From positions 1-48,596 of the forward strand of contig JAITIS010000096.1 of NCBI GenBank assembly GCA_031279305.1: DNA of 48,596 nt, given 5' to 3'. Both the position numbers and the translations under genes were made by a program. Source of the stretch: Candidatus Margulisiibacteriota bacterium. GTDB taxonomy: Bacteria > Margulisbacteria > Termititenacia > Termititenacales > Termititenacaceae. Shown here piece after piece: positions 40,040-48,596 of the stretch. The notes below the pieces were generated by a model. That model did not search any database and had not been told where the DNA came from. It worked only from the letters and a program-made list of their open reading frames with translations. Every line of letters starts with the position of its first letter. The first letter of the stretch is position 1.

Positions 40040-41353
40040 CTATTTTCTTTTTTTCGCTTTTTTCTTCGCCGGTTTTTTCGCGGCCTTTTTCGTTTTTTTC
40101 TTCGCCACCATTTTTTTCACCCCTTTCTTTGTTTTTTTCACAACGACCCTTTTGTCTTCCCGCCCCGCGGCGTTCGCCAAAAGTTTCAGTCGTTTGCGCA
40201 CATTTTCCAGCACGTTCATATAATTGATGAACGCGTCGTACGGCGATTTGTACGGCGAAAAATAACCGTGCACTTCGCCGTCGCCTAAATACTTAGTACT
40301 AATGTAGTACAAATGGTCGGCGGAAGTCAACCTTTTCCAGTCGTTTAATAAAATTTTGTTCTTGGTTTTTTTTATTTCTTTTTCCAGAGCGTAGAGATTT
40401 TGCGCGGCGTCTTTTTGCATATTGTTGCCGAGCCACGCGGATAAATCCTTTTGCGTGTCCGCCCAAGAGGTCGCGGCGGGAATATCGATTTCGCCGGCAG
40501 GCTTAAACCGCGCGGCTTCCACGGGAGTGATGAATTCTATCTTTTCGCTCTGCGCGGCTTCTTTGATAAAGCCGTGCAAAAATTCAAAAATATTTTCCGC
40601 CCTCTTGATATGCTCGCCAAAAGTTTCGTAGTCCACAAAAATATTCACCGCCGCGTCGCCGAGCTGTTCGATCCAGCGCAGATATTTAGCCGGCGTGAGC
40701 GGATAATCCGGCCAGAGCCGGTTGTTGTAACGAAAAGCCAGATCATCCGAGAGTTTGCAGTTGCGCAAAAGCAGTTTTATTTTGCCCGCGCCCGCCGGCT
40801 GGTAAACATAATTCGGCGAGCGCCAGCCTAGGATATGCTCCACGCCTTCCGCCAGGATGACCTCGTAGCCCAGCGCCTCCGCCATCCGCGCGATCTCATT
40901 GTCATAGATCAGTTCTGTGTTGCGAAAAGTTTTTGGCTCGTAATCAAACTGCTCCAAAAGCATTTCGCGGTGTTTTTCGACCTGTTCGATGAACTCTGTT
41001 TTGGAATACAGCGCGGATAGTGAATGATAATAAGTCTCCGACAAAAATTCCACGCAGCCGGTCAGCGCCAGCGCGCGAAAAGAAGCCAGCACTTCCGGCG
41101 CGTATTTTTGGAATTGCTCAACCGCCGTGCCGGTAATGGAATACGCCACTTTGAAGCGGCCTTTGTATTTTTTGATCAGCTCTAACAGCAGCTTATTGGC
41201 CGGCAGGTAGCAGTCCGCCGCGATGGATTGAATAATCTGGCGGTTTTTTTCGTCGTCAAAATAATATTGATCGCGCTCCGCGCTGAAAATCGTGTATTTT
41301 TTTAAGCGGAAAGGCTGATGCACCTGAAAATACAGGCAGAGTTTAGCGGGCAT
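40040..41353 (-). CDS. Glycoside hydrolase family 57 enzyme with a C-terminal lysine-rich (AKKPAKK) tail
   Basis: The GH57 N-terminal signature is LYFQVHQPFRL. The last ~40 aa are KRVVVKKTKKGVKKMVAKKKTKKAAKKPAKKKAKKRK. The gene overlaps the GT4 gene by 11 nt. Confidence 0.85.
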   Translation of the reverse strand: MPAKLCLYFQVHQPFRLKKYTIFSAERDQYYFDDEKNRQIIQSIAADCYLPANKLLLELIKKYKGRFKVAYSITGTAVEQFQKYAPEVLASFRALALTGCVEFLSETYYHSLSALYSKTEFIEQVEKHREMLLEQFDYEPKTFRNTELIYDNEIARMAEALGYEVILAEGVEHILGWRSPNYVYQPAGAGKIKLLLRNCKLSDDLAFRYNNRLWPDYPLTPAKYLRWIEQLGDAAVNIFVDYETFGEHIKRAENIFEFLHGFIKEAAQSEKIEFITPVEAARFKPAGEIDIPAATSWADTQKDLSAWLGNNMQKDAAQNLYALEKEIKKTKNKILLNDWKRLTSADHLYYISTKYLGDGEVHGYFSPYKSPYDAFINYMNVLENVRKRLKLLANAAGREDKRVVVKKTKKGVKKMVAKKKTKKAAKKPAKKKAKKRK

Positions 41354-42755
41354 AAGCGCGCTCCTTTTTGCCGCAGCCTAGCAGCCGTTCATACACCTGC
41401 GCCGTGCGTTTGGCCGTCCAGCTCCAGGTGTAGGCTTCCGCCTCGCGCGCGGCGTTTTCGCGCATAGTCTGTGCCAGCGACGGGTAGCGCATTATAGCGA
41501 CCATCTGATTGGCGATCTCGCTGGTGTCCCAGAAATCCACCTTGAACACGTGGTTGAGTATCTCAGACACGCCGGAAGTTTTGGAAACAATGCAGGGCAC
41601 ATTGGCTTTGATCGCCTCCAGCGTCACGAGGCCGAAAGGCTCGGTCACGGAGCTCATCACAAAAAGATCGGCCTTTTGCAGCACGCGGCGGATATCCTCG
41701 CCCTGCAAAAAGCCGGTAAAAAACACTTTGTCGGCGATTTTCAGGGCGGAAGCCAGCTCGACCAGCGCGGAAAATTTTTCGCCGTGGCCGGCGACGATAA
41801 AACGCAGGTCTGGATAAAATTTCACGGCCTTGGCCGCCGAGCGCAGGAAATACTCCGGGCCTTTTTGCATAGTGAGCCGGCCTAAGAAAAGCACAAATTT
41901 TTCATTGCCGGATTTGGCCACATCAAAATCGCTGTGTTCGCCCGCGACCTCGTCTTTGTCGATGGCCAGATGGATGGGCGCAATCTTGCGCGGATCAATA
42001 TTAAAATACCTGATGCATTCGTCTTTGGTAAAATGACTGTTGGCAATGATCATCTCGGCTTCTGCCAGCCCTAGTTTTTCCAGCTCGTAAATCAATTGAT
42101 TAACGTTGCCGCCGGTGCGGTCAAACTCCGTGGCGTGAATATGCGCGCAGAAAGGCCTGCCGGTCAGATGTTTGATACGCACCGCCGCCTCAAAAGTCAT
42201 CCAGTCGTGCGCCACAATCAGGTCAAAATCATACTGCAAGGCGATCCGTTCCGCCTTGATCGCGTACTCGTACACTTCCTGCAAAAGATTTTCGCCGTAG
42301 ATCTGCTTGGTTTCCCAAGAGCGGTCGTGTTCATTGTACTCTATTTCGTAATTGTCGATCGTCCGAAAAATTTTGCTAAAATTTTTCCGCGCGCGCAAAA
42401 TTCTCCCCAACTCCAAAAGCTCCTGCGAATATTTCTGCCGGTAGGTCTCCTCGCTTAGATAAGGATTTAACAGCGAGGTGATAAACTCATAAGTGACGTG
42501 CTTTTTCATCTCCGCGGTGAGCTTGAACTGGCTCAAGATGCGGTCTTTGAGGCTGATGGAATCCTGCTTGATCCGGTACTGGCTTAGGTTGAGCAGATTT
42601 AAGTGTTTGGATTTTTCCGAAGTGACAGCAAAAGGCGCGATGAAAATAATATCGTGCCCCAGAGCCGCCAGCTCTTTAGTCAGGCCGTAACACGCGGTGC
42701 CTAGGCCGCCGCTTTTCACTGGAGGGTATTCCCAGCCCAGCATTAAAATTTTCAC
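41343..42755 (-). CDS. GT4-type glycosyltransferase, glycogen/starch-synthase-like
   Basis: The N-terminus is (M)KILMLGWEYPPVKSGGLGTACYGLTKELAALGH. The C-terminal GT-B motif is SVTEPFGLVTLEA. The start is a GTG at 42755. Confidence 0.85.
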   Translation of the reverse strand: MKILMLGWEYPPVKSGGLGTACYGLTKELAALGHDIIFIAPFAVTSEKSKHLNLLNLSQYRIKQDSISLKDRILSQFKLTAEMKKHVTYEFITSLLNPYLSEETYRQKYSQELLELGRILRARKNFSKIFRTIDNYEIEYNEHDRSWETKQIYGENLLQEVYEYAIKAERIALQYDFDLIVAHDWMTFEAAVRIKHLTGRPFCAHIHATEFDRTGGNVNQLIYELEKLGLAEAEMIIANSHFTKDECIRYFNIDPRKIAPIHLAIDKDEVAGEHSDFDVAKSGNEKFVLFLGRLTMQKGPEYFLRSAAKAVKFYPDLRFIVAGHGEKFSALVELASALKIADKVFFTGFLQGEDIRRVLQKADLFVMSSVTEPFGLVTLEAIKANVPCIVSKTSGVSEILNHVFKVDFWDTSEIANQMVAIMRYPSLAQTMRENAAREAEAYTWSWTAKRTAQVYERLLGCGKKERAYAR

Positions 42756-42802
42756 GTCGTCGCTTACCTTTCATTGGCGCATAACCCCGTAACAGCCAGA
42801 AT

Positions 42803-43885
42803 TTATTTTACGACCAACACCGAATTGATGATATTATTTTTCACTTCCACTCTCTCATTGTCCGGATCGGTAATCCAGTTGCCGTCCACCACAAATTTGT
42901 ATTCGTACTGCCCCGGATCCAGCTCCATCGCCGACACCCAGCTGCCGTCCTGATTTTTATTCATCGGCGCCGGCTGCCAGTTATTGAACACGCCGGCCAG
43001 ACGCACATCCCGGCCGTAGCCTTTGTAGGAAAGATTGATCGAGCGCACCATACGGCTGCGCACCGCGGTTTTGTTGCCCGCGCGCAAGAAGCTGATCCGA
43101 AAATTTTGCACGGACTTTGTCCAGTCAATGACTTCCTGCGTAAGGCCACAGTAATCGCGGAAAGCCACGCCACAGCGTTTACTCCCCAGCTCGATGACCG
43201 ACTTGCCCAGCCGCTGCGAACTGTTAAATTTAATCGAGCGCCGGATTTTAGTCCTAAAAAAATTATTCTGGCCGCTAAATTTTTTCAGATCGTTCATAAA
43301 ATCTTTGTTAAACGAAGATTTATGGTCATAAAAAGTAATGACGTGCTTGATGTCCAGATCGTGATGCACTTTGGCTTTAAGCATTTCGACGGTTTCTCGG
43401 AGTTTTTTCACGCCGGACAGCGAGTAAAAACCGGAGTCGACCGGCACAATCACGTGCGTCGAGGCCAAAAGCGCGTTGACAGTCAAAAGCCCCAGGCTCG
43501 GCGGGCAGTCTATGATGATGTGATCGTATTGGTTTTTGACCTTGAAAAGCGCTTTGGCCAGCCGCGACTCGCGCCAAGCTTTGCCGGACATCGACTGTTC
43601 AAAAGCCGAAAGAAAAACGTTGGCCGGCAAAAGCGTTAAGCGGCTGGCGACTTCTAGGGTGACCGTGGAGAGCGGCACATCCTGCTCCCTAGCGTCGATT
43701 ACATCAAATACCGTCTGGCGCAGGGAATCGGGATTGAAGCCCAGCCCCAGCGTCGAATGCCCCTGCGGGTCCATATCCGCCAACAGCACCCGGTAACCGC
43801 GCTTGACCATCCCCGCCGCCAGATTGACGGAGGTGGTGGTTTTACCGCAGCCGCCTTTTTGATTGATAACAGAAATTACCGCCAT
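42803..43885 (-). CDS. ParA/MinD-family ATPase fused to a C-terminal CBM48/AMPK-beta glycogen-binding module
   Basis: aa 1-255 carry the deviant Walker A VINQKGGCGKTTT, plus LLADMDPQGHST and IIIDCPPSLG. aa 275-360 read VRLAGVFNNWQPAPMNKNQDGSWVSAMELDPGQYEYKFVVDGNWITDPDNE. Confidence 0.85.
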   Translation of the reverse strand: MAVISVINQKGGCGKTTTSVNLAAGMVKRGYRVLLADMDPQGHSTLGLGFNPDSLRQTVFDVIDAREQDVPLSTVTLEVASRLTLLPANVFLSAFEQSMSGKAWRESRLAKALFKVKNQYDHIIIDCPPSLGLLTVNALLASTHVIVPVDSGFYSLSGVKKLRETVEMLKAKVHHDLDIKHVITFYDHKSSFNKDFMNDLKKFSGQNNFFRTKIRRSIKFNSSQRLGKSVIELGSKRCGVAFRDYCGLTQEVIDWTKSVQNFRISFLRAGNKTAVRSRMVRSINLSYKGYGRDVRLAGVFNNWQPAPMNKNQDGSWVSAMELDPGQYEYKFVVDGNWITDPDNERVEVKNNIINSVLVVK

Positions 43886-44074
43886 AATTTTAACCCCCCA
43901 GTTTTTATTATGACTTGTCCTTTATTTAATATATTTCCCGCAGTATAACAAAGCGCAAGAACAATGACAAGAGTTTTTTTGAAAATTTGCGGCGAATATA
44001 ATTTTTTTTGGCCGAAAATCCATTCAACGGCGGCGCCGGTGAATTCTTCCGCCGTGCTCTAAGCCGGGACTTTA

Positions 44075-44083
44075 TGCTAAAAT
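44075..44083 (+). promoter_or_regulatory. Extended -10 element (TGcTAAAAT) upstream of cysE
   Basis: The element ends 9 nt before the ATG, and the intervening sequence atcccccct has no SD. Confidence 0.35.
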
Positions 44084-44092
44084 ATCCCCCCT

Positions 44093-44713
44093 ATGTTATT
44101 CATCGACGAGCTGCGGGCGGCTTACCGCTACGATCCGGCGGCCAGACATATCGAAGTACTGCTCTATCAGGGACTCTGGGCGGTGTGGCTGCACAAATTT
44201 GCCCATCTGCTCTGGACGCTGCGCCTGCCTTTTATCCCGCGGCTCATTTCGCAGATCAGCCGTTTTTTGACCGGCATCGAGATACATCCCGGCGCGCAGA
44301 TCGGCCGCGGCGTTTTCATCGATCACGGTTTTGGCGTGGTCATCGGCGAAACAGCCGAGGTCGGCGACAACTGCCTTATTTATCACGGTGTCACGCTCGG
44401 CGGCACCAGCACACAGCGCGTCAAGCGGCATCCGACTATCGGCCCTAACACGATTATCGGCGCCGGCGCCAAAATACTCGGCAATATCAAAGTCGGCGCC
44501 AACTGCAAGATCGGCGCCAACACCGTGCTGCTCAAGGATGTGCCGGACAATTCCACCGTGGTGGGCATACCCGGCCGCGTTATTATTCAGGACGGCAGGC
44601 AGGCCGCGAACGACTGGAACGATCTGCCCGATCCGGTAGAGGAAACCGTGGTGCATTTGATCCGTCGCATCGTGACGCTGGAAGAGCGCCTCGCCAAACC
44701 GTCCCCAAAATAA
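44093..44713 (+). CDS. cysE: Serine O-acetyltransferase
   Basis: The hexapeptide-repeat core is [50 protein letters not shown]. Confidence 0.9.
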   Translation: MLFIDELRAAYRYDPAARHIEVLLYQGLWAVWLHKFAHLLWTLRLPFIPRLISQISRFLTGIEIHPGAQIGRGVFIDHGFGVVIGETAEVGDNCLIYHGVTLGGTSTQRVKRHPTIGPNTIIGAGAKILGNIKVGANCKIGANTVLLKDVPDNSTVVGIPGRVIIQDGRQAANDWNDLPDPVEETVVHLIRRIVTLEERLAKPSPK

Positions 44714-46059
44714 TGCAGGTTTACAACACGCTCAAACGCCGCAAGGAAGAGTTTATCCCGCTAAAACCGGGAAAGGTCGATATGTATGTCTGCGGCGTGA
44801 CAGTGTATGATTACTGTCATCTCGGCCACGCCAGAGCCTATATCGTGTTTGATATGATCCGCCGCTACCTGCTGCACAAAGGCTACCGGGTTAATTATGT
44901 CCAAAATTTCACGGACATCGACGACAAGATCATCCGCAAAGCCGCCGAATCCGGACAGTCCTATCAGGAAATTTCCGAAAAATTTATCCAAGAATATTTT
45001 GCGGATTTCAACCGGCTGGGCATTATGCCCGCCACGAGTTACCCCCGAGCCACCGAGCATATAGCGGACATTATCCGGCTCATCGAGAAACTGCTGGCCA
45101 AAAAACACGCTTACGCCGCGGGTGGCGATATATATTATGATGTGCGGTCTTTTCCGGCTTACGGCAAACTGTCCGGACGCCGTTTGGGGGACAATGAAGC
45201 TGGCGCGCGCGCGGCGGCCAATGCGGACAAAAAAGACCCGTTAGATTTCGCCCTCTGGAAAGCCGCCAAACCCGGCGAGCCGTCCTGGCCGTCTCCGTGG
45301 GGGCAAGGACGCCCCGGCTGGCATATCGAATGCTCCTGTATGTCGATGCAGCAATTCGGCGCGTCTTTTGACATACACGGCGGCGGGCAGGATTTGATTT
45401 TCCCGCATCACGAAAACGAGATCGCCCAGTCCGAGGGCGCGACCGGCCAGCCTTATGTAAAATACTGGCTGCACAATGGTTTTGTGAATATCAACGATGA
45501 AAAAATGTCCAAATCGCTGGGCAATTTTTTTGCCATCCGCGACATTCTGCAAAAATACGACGCGGAAGTTCTGCGTTTTTTCATCCTAAGCACGCATTAC
45601 CGCTCGCCGATCAATTTCTCCGAGGAACAGCTCGATGAGGCACAAAAAGGATTGGACAAGCTGTACAAAACCGCCGGCGCCGTAGCAGCCACTCCTCACG
45701 AGTTAAAGCCGGATTACAGTGAATATGAAAAAGAATTTACCCAGTTTATGGATGATGATTTTAATTCCGCCGGCGCGATTGGCGTGCTATTTAAGCTGGC
45801 CAAATTTTGCAGCGGAGAAATCTTGGGGAGAAAAACGCTCAGAGACTTAGGCGGAGTGTTGGGCTTGCTGCAAAACAAGGAGAGGAACCGCCCGGCAGCA
45901 AATAATATACCGCCGGAAATCAGCGAGCTGGCTGAACAAAGAGCGGCGGCCAAGAAAAATAAGGACTTCGCGCTGGCCGACCGGCTCCGCGCGGAAATAC
46001 TCGCCGGAGGCTACAATATCAAGGATACACCGCAGGGGTTTGTAATAAACAAAATATAA
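44713..46059 (+). CDS. cysS: Cysteine--tRNA ligase
   Basis: The HIGH variant HLGHARAY, the KMSKS motif and the Zn-site context WHIECS are present. A TAATG overlap links it to cysE. Confidence 0.95.
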   Translation: MQVYNTLKRRKEEFIPLKPGKVDMYVCGVTVYDYCHLGHARAYIVFDMIRRYLLHKGYRVNYVQNFTDIDDKIIRKAAESGQSYQEISEKFIQEYFADFNRLGIMPATSYPRATEHIADIIRLIEKLLAKKHAYAAGGDIYYDVRSFPAYGKLSGRRLGDNEAGARAAANADKKDPLDFALWKAAKPGEPSWPSPWGQGRPGWHIECSCMSMQQFGASFDIHGGGQDLIFPHHENEIAQSEGATGQPYVKYWLHNGFVNINDEKMSKSLGNFFAIRDILQKYDAEVLRFFILSTHYRSPINFSEEQLDEAQKGLDKLYKTAGAVAATPHELKPDYSEYEKEFTQFMDDDFNSAGAIGVLFKLAKFCSGEILGRKTLRDLGGVLGLLQNKERNRPAANNIPPEISELAEQRAAAKKNKDFALADRLRAEILAGGYNIKDTPQGFVINKI

Positions 46060-46062
46060 AGT

Positions 46063-47133
46063 TTACCCTAAATTGTTTTCGTTAGCATACAAACAATAAG
46101 AATTCTCAAAAGCATGTCCGCTGATAGAATGAGCGATATCTACACAGCCGCCTTTACATACCACGCCATACCGGCATTTTGCGCAGCAGCCCTTTAACCG
46201 GCTCTTGTCAAAATTTCTGGTATAAGCAAAAGATTTTGGGTCAGTCCAAATATCATACAAACTGCGCTCGCGCACATTGCCTTCAATATACTCATCAGGC
46301 AGAGAATCACACCCTTTGATATTGCCGTTGCTCTGAATACCAAGATTGCTGCGGCCAGCTTTGCAACCGTCCCAACAATTATAATTTATCGTACAAAACG
46401 GATACTTTTCGGAAAAATAGCCTAAATCATCAGCGCCTGCTATAGGCAATTCATCGGTTGTATATTCTTTAACGGACTGATGAATAAACTTGGCAACATA
46501 CAAATATTCGTCTTTACTCAAAAAATAATTTTTATCAAACCGTTTTCCATTATTGCTGCATATTTGTATTTGCCAAGCTATCCCTTTACCTAAAATCAAA
46601 TCACGGATCAATGGTAATTCTTTAACATTAAATTTATTAACCGCTGTAATAACAGACAAACTTAGGCCTTCATCATCAAATAACGCCAGTGATTGCCATA
46701 ATTTAGCAAAAGCACCTTTATATCCTCTGATATAGTCATGCGTTTCTGCTTTGCCGCCGTCTAAACTAAAACCAATAACGCTCGGTTTTGTATCAATTAC
46801 TTGTTTAACTAATTTTTCATTATTAGGGAATAAAGAGCCATTTGTAACATAAGTAATGCCCAGTCCTGTGTCGACAATCATTTTGGCAATCTCATACCAA
46901 TCTTTGCGCAAAAATGTCTCTCCGCCAATTAGAGAAACTCTTTGAAATTCTATTTTTTTCAAATCTTCCGCCACTTTAGTCATTTCGGCAAAAGTTAATT
47001 CATTCTTACGACTCAATCCTGCCGAACCACCGCAGTGCAGACACTTAAAATTACACAATAATGTAAGTTCCCACACCGCACAATCTGGCTGGTGCTTCTC
47101 AATGATTGGCTTTTCTGCGATAACAATACCCAT
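46063..47133 (-). CDS. Radical SAM enzyme with a C-terminal SPASM domain
   Basis: The CX3CX2C motif is CNFKCLHC. The Cys-rich C-terminus is CWDGCKAG...GCDS...CCAKCRYGVVCKGGC. The gene lies in an AT-rich segment. Confidence 0.85.
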   Translation of the reverse strand: MGIVIAEKPIIEKHQPDCAVWELTLLCNFKCLHCGGSAGLSRKNELTFAEMTKVAEDLKKIEFQRVSLIGGETFLRKDWYEIAKMIVDTGLGITYVTNGSLFPNNEKLVKQVIDTKPSVIGFSLDGGKAETHDYIRGYKGAFAKLWQSLALFDDEGLSLSVITAVNKFNVKELPLIRDLILGKGIAWQIQICSNNGKRFDKNYFLSKDEYLYVAKFIHQSVKEYTTDELPIAGADDLGYFSEKYPFCTINYNCWDGCKAGRSNLGIQSNGNIKGCDSLPDEYIEGNVRERSLYDIWTDPKSFAYTRNFDKSRLKGCCAKCRYGVVCKGGCVDIAHSISGHAFENSYCLYANENNLG

Positions 47134-47147
47134 AATAAGTTGCTCCT

Positions 47148-48023
47148 TTAACGAATTATTTTAGTGTTTTTATTCCTCAAGGCTTCTGTATATCTGAAAA
47201 CTTTATAATCCGCTTCTTTAGTGGAAAAATCCGAGAAATATCTTCTATCAAACTTTTTTATCAGTTTTTGTAATTCTTTTATGATTTTTTTAACGGTCGA
47301 TTTATCAACCATTAGTTGATTGGTTTTCAATAAAAATAAAAGCAACCTTGGCGATATATGACCATATTGTTTCACAAAATCTCGCAAGTTATTCAAGTTT
47401 GTTACCTTCAAAAAACTATCCACGATAGTCTCAAAATAAGAGAAATCTGCATAAGAAATTCTTATTTCCTTATTTTTTAATATTGTTGTAATTAGCATAT
47501 TTCTTTTCTCAAAAAAATCATCATCTATTTTTTTAGCCAGAACCGTCATCGTTGGCCTAAATACTATATTTTCAAAAAACTCCCGCTTGGTCACCGTAAA
47601 TCCACTTTTGGCAAGCAGGTTTTCTAAGAACGGCAAAGGGAAACAAAACTTATGCGTCATACCAGCATCTTCTATGCCGTATACATGACACAAAATATTT
47701 TCTTTATCCTCAAGGCTAGCCGCTGAATTATATTGCCGAAACGCTTTTTCTATATCTGGAGTAGTAATAACCAACACTCCGCCTGGCTTTAACAAAAGAT
47801 AACATTTGGCCAAAATAACCAAAGAATCACAATAACCAAAATGCTCGATGATATCTTTTAATAAAATTTCTGCAAAATAATTATGCGGCAGGTTGAGAGC
47901 GGTCGCAGACATTTTTACATCTGCGACCGCCGTATTGAAAAAATCGACATTCAAATAACCCTGCAAGTAATCATAACCACACCCCAAATTTATTTTACGC
48001 GGATAATGTGTAATTAATCTCAT
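47148..48023 (-). CDS. Class I SAM-dependent methyltransferase with a ~130-aa C-terminal extension
   Basis: Motif I is KINLGCGYDYLQGYLNVD, followed by LKPGGVLVITTPD. Confidence 0.8.
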   Translation of the reverse strand: MRLITHYPRKINLGCGYDYLQGYLNVDFFNTAVADVKMSATALNLPHNYFAEILLKDIIEHFGYCDSLVILAKCYLLLKPGGVLVITTPDIEKAFRQYNSAASLEDKENILCHVYGIEDAGMTHKFCFPLPFLENLLAKSGFTVTKREFFENIVFRPTMTVLAKKIDDDFFEKRNMLITTILKNKEIRISYADFSYFETIVDSFLKVTNLNNLRDFVKQYGHISPRLLLFLLKTNQLMVDKSTVKKIIKELQKLIKKFDRRYFSDFSTKEADYKVFRYTEALRNKNTKIIR

Positions 48024-48596
48024 TTTTACTCACCACAGCGTATCTGGATCCGGGGGTATAGCTTGAATTATAAACAGGGCTAGTCAAATAATAACCCTCT
48101 TTCTTCCCATCCTTGTTATTAACACATAGCATAAACGAACCTTCAGCTAGTTCAAAAATTTCAATCCCTTGTGTATTTTTATCAAAAACCAATGTCTTTC
48201 CATCTAAACTTTCGTTGTCCATTTTTATCCCATCAGCAAATACGAGAGTTAGTTCTCCAGAAGAAATATTGAATTTCATTCCTAGTTTCGCTAGGTTTTC
48301 TGGTGATTTTACAGAAACAAAATAATCATACTTCTCTGCCACCTTGCTACCGCCATCAATTTTGCTCATAACATCTATGGCTGGCTGGAGATAAGAATCT
48401 TTAAACTGATTAAACGCATCCGCTGGCAGTTCATCCTGTAAAACCGTAAGCACTGCCTTTAACTTTTGGCCAGTGGGATCTTCCAACCATAAATCCATAA
48501 GTTTAGAAGTAGCATCCTGCAACCCTTGACTTGTTCCTCTCAAAATATCTAATTTTACAGATTGCGCAATATTTGTTACTTTTTCATCTTTAGCAA
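47995..48596 (-). CDS. Hypothetical protein, 5'-truncated by the window end
   Basis: The frame stays open from 48543 up to nt 48596 with no stop, so the TTG start in the ORF track is probably internal. No family was recognised. The gene overlaps the methyltransferase start by 29 nt. Confidence 0.6.
   Translation of the reverse strand, partial: AKDEKVTNIAQSVKLDILRGTSQGLQDATSKLMDLWLEDPTGQKLKAVLTVLQDELPADAFNQFKDSYLQPAIDVMSKIDGGSKVAEKYDYFVSVKSPENLAKLGMKFNISSGELTLVFADGIKMDNESLDGKTLVFDKNTQGIEIFELAEGSFMLCVNNKDGKKEGYYLTSPVYNSSYTPGSRYAVVSKNEINYTLSA

Noticed and set aside
39945-40227. Two Phe-rich + strand ORFs (92 aa and 71 aa) with FFFA/FFSS repeats.
   Set aside because: They are the antisense reading of the AAG/AAA-rich lysine tail of the GH57 gene. 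This is a low-complexity artefact.
44020-44060. The hairpin ACGGCGG-N15-CCGCCGT upstream of cysE, as a possible riboswitch or attenuator.
   Set aside because: It lies upstream of the putative -10 element, has no following T-tract, and shows no resemblance to known cysteine or T-box leaders. It is most likely incidental GC-rich pairing.
44008-44656. ORFs at 44008-44448 (+), 44331-44639 (+) and 44096-44656 (-) that overlap cysE.
   Set aside because: The cysE frame carries the diagnostic hexapeptide-repeat acetyltransferase sequence. The alternatives are Arg/Ala-rich frames with no recognisable motif.

Overview
This is a gene-dense 48.6-kb bacterial chromosomal window with about 43 supportable genes, many of them with 4-11 nt start/stop overlaps. 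The lineage cannot be assigned from sequence alone.

The backbone is housekeeping biosynthesis and repair:
- ilvB-ilvN-(small membrane ORF)-ilvC
- asnB
- mnmA with a translationally coupled thiS-like gene
- xthA-metF
- a complete trpE-trpGD-trpCF-trpB-trpA operon
- yebC-ycdX-uvrA
- cysE-cysS

Accessory or unusual content is interspersed:
1. The strongest candidate for an undescribed system is a minus-strand cluster at 39.7-43.9 kb. Its first gene is a ParA/MinD-type ATPase fused to a glycogen-binding CBM48 module. It is followed by a GT4 glycogen-synthase-like gene, a GH57 glucanase with a histone-H1/PhaM-like PAKKA lysine tail, a small protein with a basic N-terminus, and a GT2. I read this as a candidate alpha-glucan granule positioning or nucleoid-tethering system.
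2. A 1128-aa protein has a PEP-synthase/PPDK-type ATP-grasp and a phosphohistidine swivel domain, but an unrecognisable ~690-aa C-terminal region replaces the PEP/pyruvate barrel. It sits 24 bp upstream of trpE.
3. A giant protein of at least 1619 aa is alpha-helical and built from ~190-aa divergent repeats that carry hydrophobic hairpins.
4. A permease/APH-kinase/class-III-aminotransferase-fold/SDR cassette resembles amino-alcohol (aminoacetone) phospho-lyase pathways.
5. A CBS-HATPase/DRTGG/PHP trio is present.
6. There are three AT-rich islands: one with an ORF6N-like frameshifted gene, one with a GIY-YIG gene plus an EcoRI-family adenine methylase broken at a homopolymer, and a terminal island with radical-SAM/SPASM, methyltransferase and unknown genes.

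No rRNA, tRNA, CRISPR array or transposase was recognised. All calls come from reading the supplied translations and DNA by eye. No searches were run.
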